Shown here in pieces: positions 54,443-64,000 of a stretch of DNA of 64,000 bases. A program made the translations under genes and the position numbers. Source of the DNA: a virus; the IMG/VR virus record IMGVR_UViG_3300037092_000015, positions 11,478-75,477 of that record. The stretch is one strand, 5' to 3'. Within the stretch, counting starts at the first letter, position 1, and each line of letters opens with the position of its first letter. The notes beneath the pieces are model-generated. The model made no database searches. It was not told where the DNA came from and saw only the letters and a list, made by a program, of their open reading frames with translations.

Positions 54443-55302
54443 GCCTTTTTTGCAGGATTGTTGAAATGGTTACTCACCGGCACATTCTCCTGTATCCCAA
54501 GCACACCGCCGCCAGCGCCAGCACCCCGCACATCCACTTGAAGCCAAAGAACACCAGCGCGAACTGTGAGAAGAAGCACAGCGTTACTGCCACGCATAGA
54601 CACGCTACCTTCACTTGCCGCCTCCCGCCAGCCGCCGCAACCGCGCCAGCATCCCCGGAGGCGGCTGCTTCGCGGCCACCTGCTTCAACGGCTCCGGCAC
54701 TACCACCCGCTCCTTCACCGGCATTCCAGAAACAACCGCCCGCACCGTAGCCGCGTAAGCCACCTGCCCCTGCAGCTCCGCAGGACGCAAGCTATGCGGC
54801 CAGACCTTAGCGACTATCTTTGGGTTGCGCTTACCCACGGCGCACTTCCTCCGTAGTCGCCTTGCAGCCGTCACTGCCGACGCTGTCCAAAGAAGCGTAG
54901 TGGCCATACGGAAGCTTAGGCACGTCCTTAGCTTTCGTGATAGCCGCTTCCGCACGCTGCCGGGAACTGCGCGGGTCGCTTCCGCATTGCGCCGTGTCGC
55001 TCAGCCGGTGCACCTTTCCTGTAGCCTCTTCGACGTGCCGCAAGTCCGCCTGGAACCGACGCGCCGACTGCATCGCGCTCCACTCCCTGTTGCCTAACGG
55101 GTCATGCTGATAGCTCACGGCAGCCTCCCTCCCCACGCCACCGACGCCAGTGCCAGCCCTGTCACCAGCCCGACCGCGAAGAATAGCAACCCCACGCCCA
55201 GCCCGCCCCGCCGCTGCACCGCAAACGGCCCTAGCAACTCAAGGCGCCGGTAACTCTCGCACTTGTTAGATAGCTTGCACACGTTCATCAAAGTAGCTCC
55301 TT

Positions 55303-56106
55303 CTATTGCATGCCCAGAACTGCCGGGAACTCCTTCATGTTCCAGATCGCGTCAGGCAACCGGCCTTTCATGCCCGGCCTCTCCCCGCCGTCCTGCTTGC
55401 AATAGAACTTAATGCCGTTTCGCCAGCAGAATTTCCAGCATCCAGTTACCCACTCCGGTTCGGACGGCCTGCGCTTTGGCCCGCTCTCGCCACCGTAAAT
55501 AATCCAGTGGACGAAGTCCCACCCCGTCCAGTCTATGCTCGACAGCGCGGGTTCGTAGCTGACGAATTTGACCGCGGCGGGAATGGCCTTGAATGCCTCC
55601 CGGCGTTCGTCGGCCCGCTTCTGGTCCTCGACGCTGACTCCAATCCAGACGTTTTCAAGGTAAAATTTGCCTTCCGATTGGGCATCCAAACAGCGCATGG
55701 CAATGTCAGCCCCCAGCACATCGACCCGCATGATTTCCACCATCCTGTGCGCCCACAGGTCAATGCGTTTAGTCAGCAGCAGCCAATCCAGATTCGGAGT
55801 CTGCCGAATCAGGTCTAAGAACTCACCCAACCACTCGACCGGCGCTTGCGGGTCAAGCCAGTCCATGAGCGACGGGAACATCCGGGGCCGCTCCGCCGCG
55901 CCTTCCGCCTTTCGGTTGAGATTCCGCGCCATTTCCCAAAAGCCCTTGCTTCGGACTCGCTGGGATTTGTCGCCCCAACCAGCCCAACCGCGCTTCAAGG
56001 TCATCTCGCGAGCGTAGCAGTGGGCACAGCCGGGGCTGACCTCTGTGCAACCGAACCACGGACTGCCCGTACTGGACGCCCAGCTTATCTTTGTAGTTTC
56101 GCTCAC
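55303..56106 (-). CDS. DUF5131 (phage Gp37/Gp68) family protein
   Basis: TKISWA...GCTEVSPGCAHCYA, LLTKR, NVWIGVSVEDQ, SYEPAL, GGESGP. Confidence 0.9.
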   Translation of the reverse strand: MSETTKISWASSTGSPWFGCTEVSPGCAHCYAREMTLKRGWAGWGDKSQRVRSKGFWEMARNLNRKAEGAAERPRMFPSLMDWLDPQAPVEWLGEFLDLIRQTPNLDWLLLTKRIDLWAHRMVEIMRVDVLGADIAMRCLDAQSEGKFYLENVWIGVSVEDQKRADERREAFKAIPAAVKFVSYEPALSSIDWTGWDFVHWIIYGGESGPKRRPSEPEWVTGCWKFCWRNGIKFYCKQDGGERPGMKGRLPDAIWNMKEFPAVLGMQ

Positions 56107-56305
56107 GGATTGTTCCTTCCGCCGCTCGGCTCCGGTCGCTGCTGCTGTGCTTCCGCCGCTTTCACGCCCGTCATTGTAGCCGGACGCCGATCAGTTGCAA
56201 TAACTATTTGCGCGACGCCTGCCACGCACAGGTCCGCGTTTCGCTCGTCGAACGCACCCGCCTGCGTCGCTTCCATCGCAGCCTGGCAGTCGCGGCTGGC
56301 CTGGC

Positions 56306-56545
56306 TCACGACCGCGTTCCTTCCGCCGTTTGCCAGTAGTGCCACACTTCCTGCTCCGCTTTTACTATCTCCGACAGCCGGTGAGACCCGCCGCACGGTG
56401 GAACGTAGTCCACCACCGGCACAGCACCAGACAGGACCGGGTGCTCTCGACGGTATTGCTCGCGTTGCGCTTCAGTCTTAGCCCACTCGGCACGCCGGGC
56501 CGCTTTGCGTTCTGCCCGAGTTCGTTTTGTTGGTAACGTGTTCAT
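56306..56545 (-). CDS. Hypothetical protein
   Basis: MNTLPTKRTRAERK after a GGAGGGG RBS. Confidence 0.5.
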   Translation of the reverse strand: MNTLPTKRTRAERKAARRAEWAKTEAQREQYRREHPVLSGAVPVVDYVPPCGGSHRLSEIVKAEQEVWHYWQTAEGTRS

Positions 56546-56823
56546 ATTCCCCTCCCGTCCAGTTGCATCGCCGTCGGCAGCGGCAGCCGGTCGAACGCCG
56601 CTTGGTCGCACCGGCTGCACAACTCATGCTCTCCCGGAGATAGACGCTTGCCGCACTCACACCTCTCCACCACGTCTGCCGGGGACAAGTGGTGACGCAC
56701 CGCCCCAAGGTGAACCGGAACCGAAGCCCGGTCGCCTGGTTCAAAGTCTATCCTTATATTCCTTATCGCTGTTGCGCTCATATTTCCTTTCGTGCTTGTT
56801 TCGTTTATTGGTTTCACTGCCAT
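56542..56823 (-). CDS. Zn-finger hypothetical protein
   Basis: CECGKRL...CSRC. Confidence 0.5.
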   Translation of the reverse strand: MAVKPINETSTKGNMSATAIRNIRIDFEPGDRASVPVHLGAVRHHLSPADVVERCECGKRLSPGEHELCSRCDQAAFDRLPLPTAMQLDGRGI

Positions 56824-56827
56824 TAAA

Positions 56828-57109
56828 TCACTTCGCTTCCGCCGCCAGTGCCAATGCTGCCAGCGCCGCGTCCGCCTTAGCTTGCTCTGCTGGTGGCACC
56901 GACCACCCTTCCGCCGCCAACGTCTTGCCGCTCAGGCTGCTCTTAACACCATGCCCCGGTATCGGCGCTGTCAGGTTGTAGCACGCCACTGCCGGCCAGT
57001 TTGGACCCATAGCAGGCCACACGTAGGCGAACACCGCCGGAGCAACCTTAGCACCAGTCACCTCGCGCGCCGCCGACAAGTCCGCCATTTTTGTTGTTGT
57101 CCGATTCAC
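56828..57109 (-). CDS. Hypothetical protein
   Basis: First ORF after the promoter. Confidence 0.55.
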   Translation of the reverse strand: MNRTTTKMADLSAAREVTGAKVAPAVFAYVWPAMGPNWPAVACYNLTAPIPGHGVKSSLSGKTLAAEGWSVPPAEQAKADAALAALALAAEAK

Positions 57110-57115
57110 AGCTAA

Positions 57116-57153
57116 AGAATATACCCGCTAGCCAGATAACGCAACAACTATTT
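57116..57153 (-). promoter_or_regulatory. Promoter with AAATAGTTGTTGC motif
   Basis: TTGCGT-17-TATTCT. Confidence 0.6.
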
Positions 57154-57264
57154 GCATATTTCTTCAACTATTTTTGCACCACTTCCGGCCTTTATTCTCA
57201 AGCCTTTGCTAACTTTCTAATACTCCAAGCAGTTTGTATTATGCCATTTTTATACGCATCTGCG

Positions 57265-57702
57265 TCACGGCAGCACACTTTGTTCGCACCACTGGCGGTC
57301 CTTGCGCGACAGTAAAATCCAATGCACTTCCGGGAACTGGTGCGCCGCCGTCTTGAGCGCCAGTATCCCCCGGTCCACATTCTTGCCTTTGAACTCCTTG
57401 CACTCCCATGCCGTCCACCGCCCCGCAACTACCGCGCAAATGTCCACCTTGAACCATGCTCCATTAGCAATCTTTGTCCGCCACGCTTGGCAGTGAAACG
57501 CCGTGCCTGGATACCGCGCCTGTAGCCACGCCAGCGCCTGCGTCTCTAGCTTGTTCATCACCGGCTCTCGCTCCTGCCGGATGCGCGTGCCGTGCTCGGG
57601 AGCCGCCACGGCATCCACAGCCGCGCCACCGTAGAGGTGCGGGTTTCGTTTGCGCGTCGAATCGCTTACCGTCAGCACCCGCCCTGTCACGACGAGACTC
57701 AC
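57265..57702 (-). CDS. PD-(D/E)xK endonuclease-like protein (start uncertain)
   Basis: MNKLETQALAWL...WFKVDI...WECKEFKG. Confidence 0.6.
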   Translation of the reverse strand: MSLVVTGRVLTVSDSTRKRNPHLYGGAAVDAVAAPEHGTRIRQEREPVMNKLETQALAWLQARYPGTAFHCQAWRTKIANGAWFKVDICAVVAGRWTAWECKEFKGKNVDRGILALKTAAHQFPEVHWILLSRKDRQWCEQSVLP

Positions 57703-58118
57703 GCAACCCTCCGGTTCCATTCCCGCTTGCAGCCTACCCGTATCCGGTCCGTTCCACGCGCCGTCTTGCCAGCCGCGTAGAGCCTCTCGCGCATCCTTTG
57801 GTTGTAACGCCGTTTGGCAGCACGCTTCAACGCCGCCGCCCGCAACGCCTTCCTCTCCGGTGACCACCCTCTCATGTCCACGCGCTGCCGCTTGCGCTTC
57901 GTCCCCCTGACCGTCATCCCCAATTCCACGCGCCTCTGCCGCATCGCCGCCACGCTCGCCAGCGCCTTGTCGCGCACCATGCGGTCTATCTCCGCCTCGC
58001 TCAGCGGCGCCACCGCAGTCTTGGCTAGCACAACGCCGCGCCCCACAAACATCGACACCAGCGCCGCAGGGTCCGGCAGCCGCGTCCCGTCACGGAAATG
58101 TAGGACGTGGGCGGTCAC
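57699..58118 (-). CDS. Arg-rich hypothetical protein
   Basis: Coupled ORF. Confidence 0.5.
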   Translation of the reverse strand: MTAHVLHFRDGTRLPDPAALVSMFVGRGVVLAKTAVAPLSEAEIDRMVRDKALASVAAMRQRRVELGMTVRGTKRKRQRVDMRGWSPERKALRAAALKRAAKRRYNQRMRERLYAAGKTARGTDRIRVGCKREWNRRVA

Positions 58119-59104
58119 AGCAACATCTTGTCTTGCTCGCGCTTTTCACCTAGCGCAGTTGCCACGTTCTTTACTGACTGCCGATAATAAGTTGGCTTGA
58201 GTTCTGCACCGATTCCTTTGCGTCCAAGAAGGACCGCCATATACACCTCGCTGCCGACGCCTAGGCACGGGGTCCATACTACTTCTCCTGGATTGCTCCA
58301 CAGCGTTATGCCGCGCTCGATCACGTCCAGTTGCAGTGGGTGGCAGTGCTTTTCGTCGTCAGCGTCCCGGGCATCCTCGTAAGGGAGCACTCGGTCGATC
58401 CGCACATCATCCCAAAACGCCGACGCATACTGCCGCCAAATCCAGTGCGAGTATCGGTTCTCAGTTTGCTTCCCGGTGTGGCCTTTCCACTCTTGCAACT
58501 CGTGAGGAATGACGCGCTCGCCAGCGTAGGTTTGAAGTCCGCTCGGGTGAGCGATAGGCACTTGGTTTTCTCCTTTCTTGCGGAACATTAGCAGATAGTC
58601 CGCGCTAGCCACGTCGCACAAGGACGAGTCCTCCACTACCTGCTTGTGCGCCAGACCTTTCGCCATCGTCCGGTTGCGCACGCCTAGCGGCTCTTTCCAG
58701 ACGTGATAGCGGGCACAGTAGTTGAAACCTATTTCCGTATGGAGCCGGATAATGTCGCCCGGAAAGTCAATCAATCCGGTGCCTACATTGGCGCCTACAC
58801 CCATCTTTGCCGTCGCGCCGTTCCCGATGCCTGGAACGTCCATGCAATGCACGGCGGTTATGCGTCCAGGCTTTGTTAGCCGAAAGATTTCTTGCACCAC
58901 GAATCGGTAGTGCTCAAAGAACTCTTGGTAGTTCTTGCAATTCGACAGGTCACGGTCGCTGCTAGAATAATTGTAAAGCCCGCAAAATGGTGGCGAGTAT
59001 ATAGACATATCTACTTTATTAGACGGCAGCGCTTGTGAAACTTCCATGCAGTCTCCATTATAGAGAGCGTATTCTGGGGTTATCGTTTGGTGTATTATAG
59101 CCAT
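58115..59104 (-). CDS. DNA methyltransferase (SPPF type)
   Basis: YNGDCME, YSPPF, HCHPLQLDVI, WSNPGEVVWTPCLGVGSE. Confidence 0.9.
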   Translation of the reverse strand: MAIIHQTITPEYALYNGDCMEVSQALPSNKVDMSIYSPPFCGLYNYSSSDRDLSNCKNYQEFFEHYRFVVQEIFRLTKPGRITAVHCMDVPGIGNGATAKMGVGANVGTGLIDFPGDIIRLHTEIGFNYCARYHVWKEPLGVRNRTMAKGLAHKQVVEDSSLCDVASADYLLMFRKKGENQVPIAHPSGLQTYAGERVIPHELQEWKGHTGKQTENRYSHWIWRQYASAFWDDVRIDRVLPYEDARDADDEKHCHPLQLDVIERGITLWSNPGEVVWTPCLGVGSEVYMAVLLGRKGIGAELKPTYYRQSVKNVATALGEKREQDKMLL

Positions 59105-60498
59105 GATGGTATTTCCTGTTTCTGTGTGTGTAGGTTTATGTGGTCAATCCTTAGTTCGTTGTTTATCAGTTCCACCAAGCGTGCGAACATGATGTCTGCT
59201 GCCGCTGCCTTCCGGTTTAAGTTAGAAAGCACTCCCGCTTCCCCCTCGCTAGATATCACGTCAATCGTGACTGGTTTCTTCTGCCCGAACCGCCAGCACC
59301 GTCGTATTGCCTGATACCACTGTTCAAATGAGTGCGACGGAAAGAATGTTTGGTGTGCGCAATGCTGCCAGTTCAACCCATACCCGGCAATCACTGGTTT
59401 ACTAATCAGAACACGCACCTGCCCAGCAGCAAAGGCGGTGAAAGTTTCCTCTTTGAACTCGTCAGCATCGTTGCCATCCACTTCAACGGAACCGGGGATC
59501 ATCTTTTCAAGCATGTGGCCTTCTTCATTCAAGTGGCACCAGGCAATGGCGGATGCCTTGTGGGCACCTACCAACCGTGCCGCCATTTCGCACCGCTCAG
59601 TGATCGTTCGCCGCCGCTCGTGCCGTTGCTCGTCAAGCCCGATTGCCGGCATGTCGAAAAGGAAGTCTGGGTTGGCTGTCCGCGCCTTGACGATGTGCTC
59701 GTTAGTTGTAAGTGGAGGAAGCACAAACCCATCATTAACAAACCCCAAGTCAGACGGCTTCCGGCACGCCCGCGCCCAGGAACACACCCATCGCCAAAAG
59801 TCGTGTTCAGCGTGGCCACGAAACCGCCACTTGGCCGTCTCGTTCAACCGCGCGAAGTCCATACCCCGATGCCGATACAGGGACGGGTGCAAAGAGTTTT
59901 GCGCGTTCTTGAAGAACCTCCCAAGCATATCCATGTATCCGAGCTGGCCCAGCGCCTCGCTAGACGTTCCAAGCTCTATGTAATCGTTTGGGGCAGCCGT
60001 CGCGGTGCACAAAAGCCGGTAGGCAATCTGCCGCATGAACTCCGTTATCTGCTCTTTGAGTTGGCCATCAAAGTTTTTTAGGATTGACGATTCGTCGCAC
60101 ACCACGCCTGCGAAGTCTTGCCAGTTGAATCGGTGAAGCTGCTGGTAGTTTGTGACGATGATCTTGACGTGCGCCGGCCACTTGCCGTCCCGTGACTGGT
60201 AACACTCAATTCCAAACTTAGCCCCCTCGCTTACGGTTTGCGGACCTACCGCCAGCGGCAGTAGTATCAGCACGCGCCCGTTAGTCTTGCGAACTACGTT
60301 CTCCGCCCACACTAACTGCATTGGTGTTTTCCCAAGCCCACAATCGGCAAAGATAGCTCCGCGCCCCTTTCGTGTAGCCCAATCAACTAATAACGTCTGG
60401 AAATCAAAAAGGAAGTCTGGTAGCCATAGCGGTTTGAAACCTGAATCAGACCCGAACTGCGCCCTGTTGTTCAGGAACTCTTGATAGCTCGCGCTCAC
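59095..60498 (-). CDS. SNF2-like SF2 helicase
   Basis: DCGLGKT, CDESS, TATAAPND, YQAIRRCWRFGQ. Confidence 0.9.
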   Translation of the reverse strand: MSASYQEFLNNRAQFGSDSGFKPLWLPDFLFDFQTLLVDWATRKGRGAIFADCGLGKTPMQLVWAENVVRKTNGRVLILLPLAVGPQTVSEGAKFGIECYQSRDGKWPAHVKIIVTNYQQLHRFNWQDFAGVVCDESSILKNFDGQLKEQITEFMRQIAYRLLCTATAAPNDYIELGTSSEALGQLGYMDMLGRFFKNAQNSLHPSLYRHRGMDFARLNETAKWRFRGHAEHDFWRWVCSWARACRKPSDLGFVNDGFVLPPLTTNEHIVKARTANPDFLFDMPAIGLDEQRHERRRTITERCEMAARLVGAHKASAIAWCHLNEEGHMLEKMIPGSVEVDGNDADEFKEETFTAFAAGQVRVLISKPVIAGYGLNWQHCAHQTFFPSHSFEQWYQAIRRCWRFGQKKPVTIDVISSEGEAGVLSNLNRKAAAADIMFARLVELINNELRIDHINLHTQKQEIPSWL

Positions 60499-60902
60499 TT
60501 AGCTTCCTCCTTCTTGTCTACCGGCATCTTTGCGAATAATAATGGCTGCACTCTCGACATATTCTCTAGCACCGCCCAGTCCATCAGCCGCACCTGCTTT
60601 GATCCGCCTCGCCGCGCCTCCACGCCCTTGTCCGTCATCGTGAACGTAACCCATTCACCTGCCACGTCCACCTCAATTCCGCCGCCGTTGCACAGCCGCT
60701 CAAACCCCACCAGCACGTCACCCTTGCGCCTCGCCGCCAGCTTGTGCACTAGCACTCCGGCCTTCGTTAGCTCCACCGTGACCAGCTTCTGCTGCCCAGG
60801 CACCGCTAGCCGCGTCAAGCGACCGAACACCCGCCGAACTGGCTTCTTGCGAGTCAGCTTGGTTGTCACAGTGGGAGCTTGCATATTTTTATGAATGCCC
60901 AT
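60495..60902 (-). CDS. Hypothetical protein
   Basis: ORF in operon. Confidence 0.5.
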   Translation of the reverse strand: MGIHKNMQAPTVTTKLTRKKPVRRVFGRLTRLAVPGQQKLVTVELTKAGVLVHKLAARRKGDVLVGFERLCNGGGIEVDVAGEWVTFTMTDKGVEARRGGSKQVRLMDWAVLENMSRVQPLLFAKMPVDKKEEAK

Positions 60903-61176
60903 CCCGCCGCATTCAGTCTTGCGACTTCGTTCCTAACGTCTGCTTCGTTTGGGTCTTTATACTCTCCTGCCCTTATGCTCCATCTTCCGTGATAGCACGC
61001 AACAATGAAGTAAGGACACAGGCACGGGGGATGGTCACCCATTGCAAGTGTCGCCTGCAATGGTGCGGCCTGCCCGGTAGGTAACTTGCTTCCGCCTTGC
61101 AGCGTCGTAGGGCGATCGCCACCGTCGCCAGTCATATTCGATACGTTTGTTCCTTTCATAGTGCTCCTTCCTCGTT

Positions 61177-61434
61177 CTACATTAGCTTTCGGTTGCGCCT
61201 AGCCCACTCTGCTAGCGCGTCGTCCTCTGTCGCCCCGCCGGCAGCATGGCGGGGAGGATAACACTTGCCTTGATACTGCCACGCCACCCACGGCCACAGG
61301 TCATCACCAGACTCTTCGTCCTCGTCGCCTACCGCAACATTTGGGTAGTGCATAGTGCGCAACTGGAAACGCTCAATCCACCGCAAGCGTGGGCTTTTAG
61401 CTTCCGGCACATCGAACAGCAACCCATCGCTCAT
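61177..61434 (-). CDS. Hypothetical protein
   Basis: MSDGLLFDVPEAKSPRLRW. Confidence 0.5.
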   Translation of the reverse strand: MSDGLLFDVPEAKSPRLRWIERFQLRTMHYPNVAVGDEDEESGDDLWPWVAWQYQGKCYPPRHAAGGATEDDALAEWARRNRKLM

Positions 61435-61769
61435 ACCAGTCCTAGCTCCGGTTGCGTCTGCCGCCGTATCAGTTGCCACGCGGCAGCCGTCTTTCCACTT
61501 TTGTTTCGCCGCCTCTCCCCGCTATCCTCAAGCACCGGCGGGTTGCACTTGCGAAGTTCACTCACCCTCGGTCTCACACTAAGGATAGACTCACCAAGCA
61601 ACTCCGCACACTCGTCAGCGGTCAACTTTCCATGCTGATGATAGCACGTCACCACAAGCGTCCGCAGCACCGCCGCACGGCCCGCTACATCGGCAGCAGC
61701 CGCCGCGCTCGTCTCCGGCGCCAGCGTCTTGTAACCGGGAGCCAAAGGGTATTGCTCTGTAGCCGTCAT
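61431..61769 (-). CDS. Winged-HTH DNA-binding protein
   Basis: LTADECAELLGESILSVRPRVSEL...RRNKSGKTAAAW. Confidence 0.75.
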   Translation of the reverse strand: MTATEQYPLAPGYKTLAPETSAAAAADVAGRAAVLRTLVVTCYHQHGKLTADECAELLGESILSVRPRVSELRKCNPPVLEDSGERRRNKSGKTAAAWQLIRRQTQPELGLV

Positions 61770-61795
61770 AGTTGATCCTTTACCTTGATCTCTCG

Positions 61796-61981
61796 TTACT
61801 TGCAGTGAGCCATGAACTCCGCCCGAACCTCCGGCTCTAGGAACACGCCGGACAGTGCACAGGTCACCATCTCTGCCCGCTGCTTCATAACCGCCAACCT
61901 TACGAAGATGGACGGCTCCCCAGCCCTGGCGCCTTCGCCTTGGATGCTGTAGAACAGTTCTGAAACGCGTAGTATTCTCAT
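61796..61981 (-). pseudogene. queE'-'folE deletion fusion remnant
   Basis: VSELFYSIQGEGARAGEPSIFVRLA (QueE N-terminus, cut before CxxxCxxC) joined to VMKQRAEMVTCALSGVFLEPEVRAEF (FolE-like C-terminus). Confidence 0.8.
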
Positions 61982-62376
61982 GGCTCCCCGTATCTCGCGC
62001 AGCTTGTGCACGTTTCATCAATCTCCACTGCCGCCAGAAGCGCGTGCGGCCCTAGCTTACCCGACGGGCCGAACTGCCCTACCAGTCTGCCATAGAGCCA
62101 CGTTGCAACCGCCTCACTTGTCGGCCTGTCCGTCGCCAGCGTTTCGTTGAGAAACCTGTGGTCCAAGTAGCCGTCCACCAACGGCTCCAGCACCGCCTTT
62201 AAGTCGCCGTAGTCCACCAGCATCCCGGCCTTCGGTCCGTCGCGGTGAAGCTCGCTGCCACGCACAACAACCCGACCTTTCCATGAATGTCCATGCAACC
62301 TCGCGCAAGGTCCGTCGTGGCCTACCAACACGTGCGCCGCCTCGAACTTAAACTCTTTTGTGATTGTGAATGGCAT
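61978..62376 (-). CDS. queD: 6-carboxytetrahydropterin synthase
   Basis: KEFKFEAAH...CARLHGHSW...GMLVDY...LDHRFLN...PTSE...ETCTS. Confidence 0.93.
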   Translation of the reverse strand: MPFTITKEFKFEAAHVLVGHDGPCARLHGHSWKGRVVVRGSELHRDGPKAGMLVDYGDLKAVLEPLVDGYLDHRFLNETLATDRPTSEAVATWLYGRLVGQFGPSGKLGPHALLAAVEIDETCTSCARYGEP

Positions 62377-62381
62377 AGCGG

Positions 62382-62663
62382 TTAAACCTTCTTCACCTTC
62401 GTTTGTATGTTCAGCTCGTTGCTGAATTGATGCCACACATCCACTGGCTTGAGACCTAGTTTTGCCTCTCCCATCTCGTCAAGCACGCCATGCGACATCT
62501 CTTCTGCGTCTTGCAACGAGAGCGAAATGCTTTTGTGCGTCTTTGGAATGGTGATGTGAAGCCCTTGCGTTTCGATGTGATGCCCGTCGTCGCGTGTGTA
62601 ACTTTTCACTTGGACCGTTTTGCCGGTGCGGGTTGTTCGAGTGTATTCTTTTACTGCGCTCAT
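62382..62663 (-). CDS. Small protein with VKEYTRTTRTGKTVQVKSYTR motif
   Basis: 93 aa, downstream of a promoter motif. Confidence 0.65.
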   Translation of the reverse strand: MSAVKEYTRTTRTGKTVQVKSYTRDDGHHIETQGLHITIPKTHKSISLSLQDAEEMSHGVLDEMGEAKLGLKPVDVWHQFSNELNIQTKVKKV

Positions 62664-62699
62664 GTTTGGTTTGATGTTTTGTTGTTTTGATTCACTTGC

Positions 62700-63422
62700 T
62701 TACTCTCTCACACGTTGCAGTCTTCCGCAACAACTATTTTTTTGCTGACCGAAATTATGCCACCGCTCATCTAGAACTCCTGGCTGCGCTTTCATAAGCT
62801 GCCGGCTGCCGCGATGCTGGTTGTGCTTTGCAGCTTCCGCTCGTAATGGCGCCAATACTTTACCAAAGATTGCTTCCGTCTTATTCTCTAAATCAAGATA
62901 CCAACGCACCTCACCGTGCAGCTTGATATGCCGCGACGGAACTGGCACTTTAATTGCCCACTGGTACGGCCCTACCTGGGCCGGCTTCCAGTCAGCAGCC
63001 ATGAGCGGCCCGGTGTCAGAGTCGTGAAATCCAGTCAATCCGACGTCCAGCCCTCGAGCCGTGAGCGCCTTGAGCAGCAAACTCACCGGCTGCCACTGCC
63101 ACTCCCCGACGTGGTTCTGCAAAGCTAAGTGCGCCGCGTCCTCGTCCTCCTCCGGGAGGTCTACCAGCCACACCGGAACAGACTCCATACCGAGCGCACG
63201 GCACGCGTCAAGCATTTCGTCGCCGTCCAGAAGAGTCCCGGTGCGCACGTTAAGAGTGAATGGAGGACGAAGGAACCCGAAGTGCTTGAGAGAGTTAAGC
63301 AATCGTAGTTCGTCACTTGGCACGGAGGACCGGACGCCGTCTGGGTGCGCCTTGAGCGACGCGACTGCCATCATCTCTAGCCGAGGATATTTGATGACGG
63401 TGTTTATTATTGGTTGTGTCAT
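62700..63422 (-). CDS. ParB/Srx-like N-terminal domain protein
   Basis: LKAHPDGVR...LLNSLKHFGF...RTGTLLDG...ACRALGMESVPV. Confidence 0.7.
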   Translation of the reverse strand: MTQPIINTVIKYPRLEMMAVASLKAHPDGVRSSVPSDELRLLNSLKHFGFLRPPFTLNVRTGTLLDGDEMLDACRALGMESVPVWLVDLPEEDEDAAHLALQNHVGEWQWQPVSLLLKALTARGLDVGLTGFHDSDTGPLMAADWKPAQVGPYQWAIKVPVPSRHIKLHGEVRWYLDLENKTEAIFGKVLAPLRAEAAKHNQHRGSRQLMKAQPGVLDERWHNFGQQKNSCCGRLQRVRE

Positions 63423-63436
63423 ATGTATTATTTAGT

Positions 63437-63985
63437 TCAAAATAGAGTATCTTCCTTACGACTTGACGGCTTGTGCTTCGGCACCGGCACCGCCTTCTTT
63501 GATTGCTCCGGCGGCAGATCCCGCTTCGGAAGCTCCATGTCCGCCGAGCTGAACGCCGCCTCGCGCATCGCCTTCTGCCGGAACGGAATGAATGGAGTGC
63601 GCGGATATTGGCTTTCTCGGCCAGACCCACTGCTCTCCCCGCTCGGCCCTGGGACCTTACCTTGAAAGTGCAACTGCCCGCACGAATCACACGTCCACGT
63701 CCTCACCAGACGAACACTTGGGCCGCACCTCCGCTTCATGTAGTCAGATAGCTCTGCCTCGCAGCCAAACGCTGCACGGTTGACCTTGGAGCATATAGCA
63801 GGTCCGCCAATCCAACGAGGCTTCCAGAATACTGGCTCGGACTCTGGTGCAGCTACTACCACCGGAGACTCTACTACCGCAACCGCCGCCACGGGAGGTG
63901 ATAAGTGCTGATCTAATGCCGAACAGTCTCCTGGACGGTGATTTAGCGAACCACATTTATGACAAAAGATCATGCCACTTTGCAA
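63437..63985 (-). CDS. Cys-rich hypothetical protein
   Basis: CHKCGSLNH..C knuckle; CDSCGQLH. Confidence 0.55.
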   Translation of the reverse strand: MQSGMIFCHKCGSLNHRPGDCSALDQHLSPPVAAVAVVESPVVVAAPESEPVFWKPRWIGGPAICSKVNRAAFGCEAELSDYMKRRCGPSVRLVRTWTCDSCGQLHFQGKVPGPSGESSGSGRESQYPRTPFIPFRQKAMREAAFSSADMELPKRDLPPEQSKKAVPVPKHKPSSRKEDTLF

Positions 63986-64000
63986 TCCTCCCGGCTCCGG

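Noticed and set aside
53564-54603. Overlapping ORFs of 138-230 aa on both strands
   Set aside because: Non-protein-like composition; they overlap a promoter, a tRNA-like fold and extensive RNA helices
1-64000. Integrase, IntI, transposase or Cas genes
   Set aside because: No such catalytic motifs recognised in any ORF; they may lie outside the window

Overview
A 64 kb stretch of a tailed dsDNA phage or prophage, with essentially all genes on the minus strand and both window ends truncated. In transcription order (right to left) it holds six parts. (1) Early/modification genes: ParB-like, queD, a queE'-'folE deletion remnant, an SNF2-type helicase plus DNA methyltransferase, and DUF5131. (2) A promoter-driven non-coding RNA locus at about 53.1-54.4 kb, with a tRNA-like RNA and a ~540 nt pseudoknotted RNA. 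(3) An integron-type array of 12 attC sites at 44.57-50.6 kb, with no integrase in the window; its cargo genes run antisense to the attC sites and are translated through them. (4) Terminase genes, then a Mu-like head module: portal, protease polyprotein, capsid, gp36-like adaptor, a multidomain MuF protein with 2H-phosphodiesterase, GNAT and HExxH domains, and gpG. (5) A tail module with a predicted -1 frameshift, signal-peptide-bearing spike/fibre-like proteins, and a membrane/lysis block with a papain-like protease. (6) A recombination block: SSB-like, Rad50/SbcC-like, a broken ASCH gene and UvrD, interleaved with two more enlarged tRNA-like RNAs. The host cannot be read from the sequence; Verrucomicrobiota/PVC is a weak guess from protein style. 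All family calls come from motif recognition by eye, not database searches.
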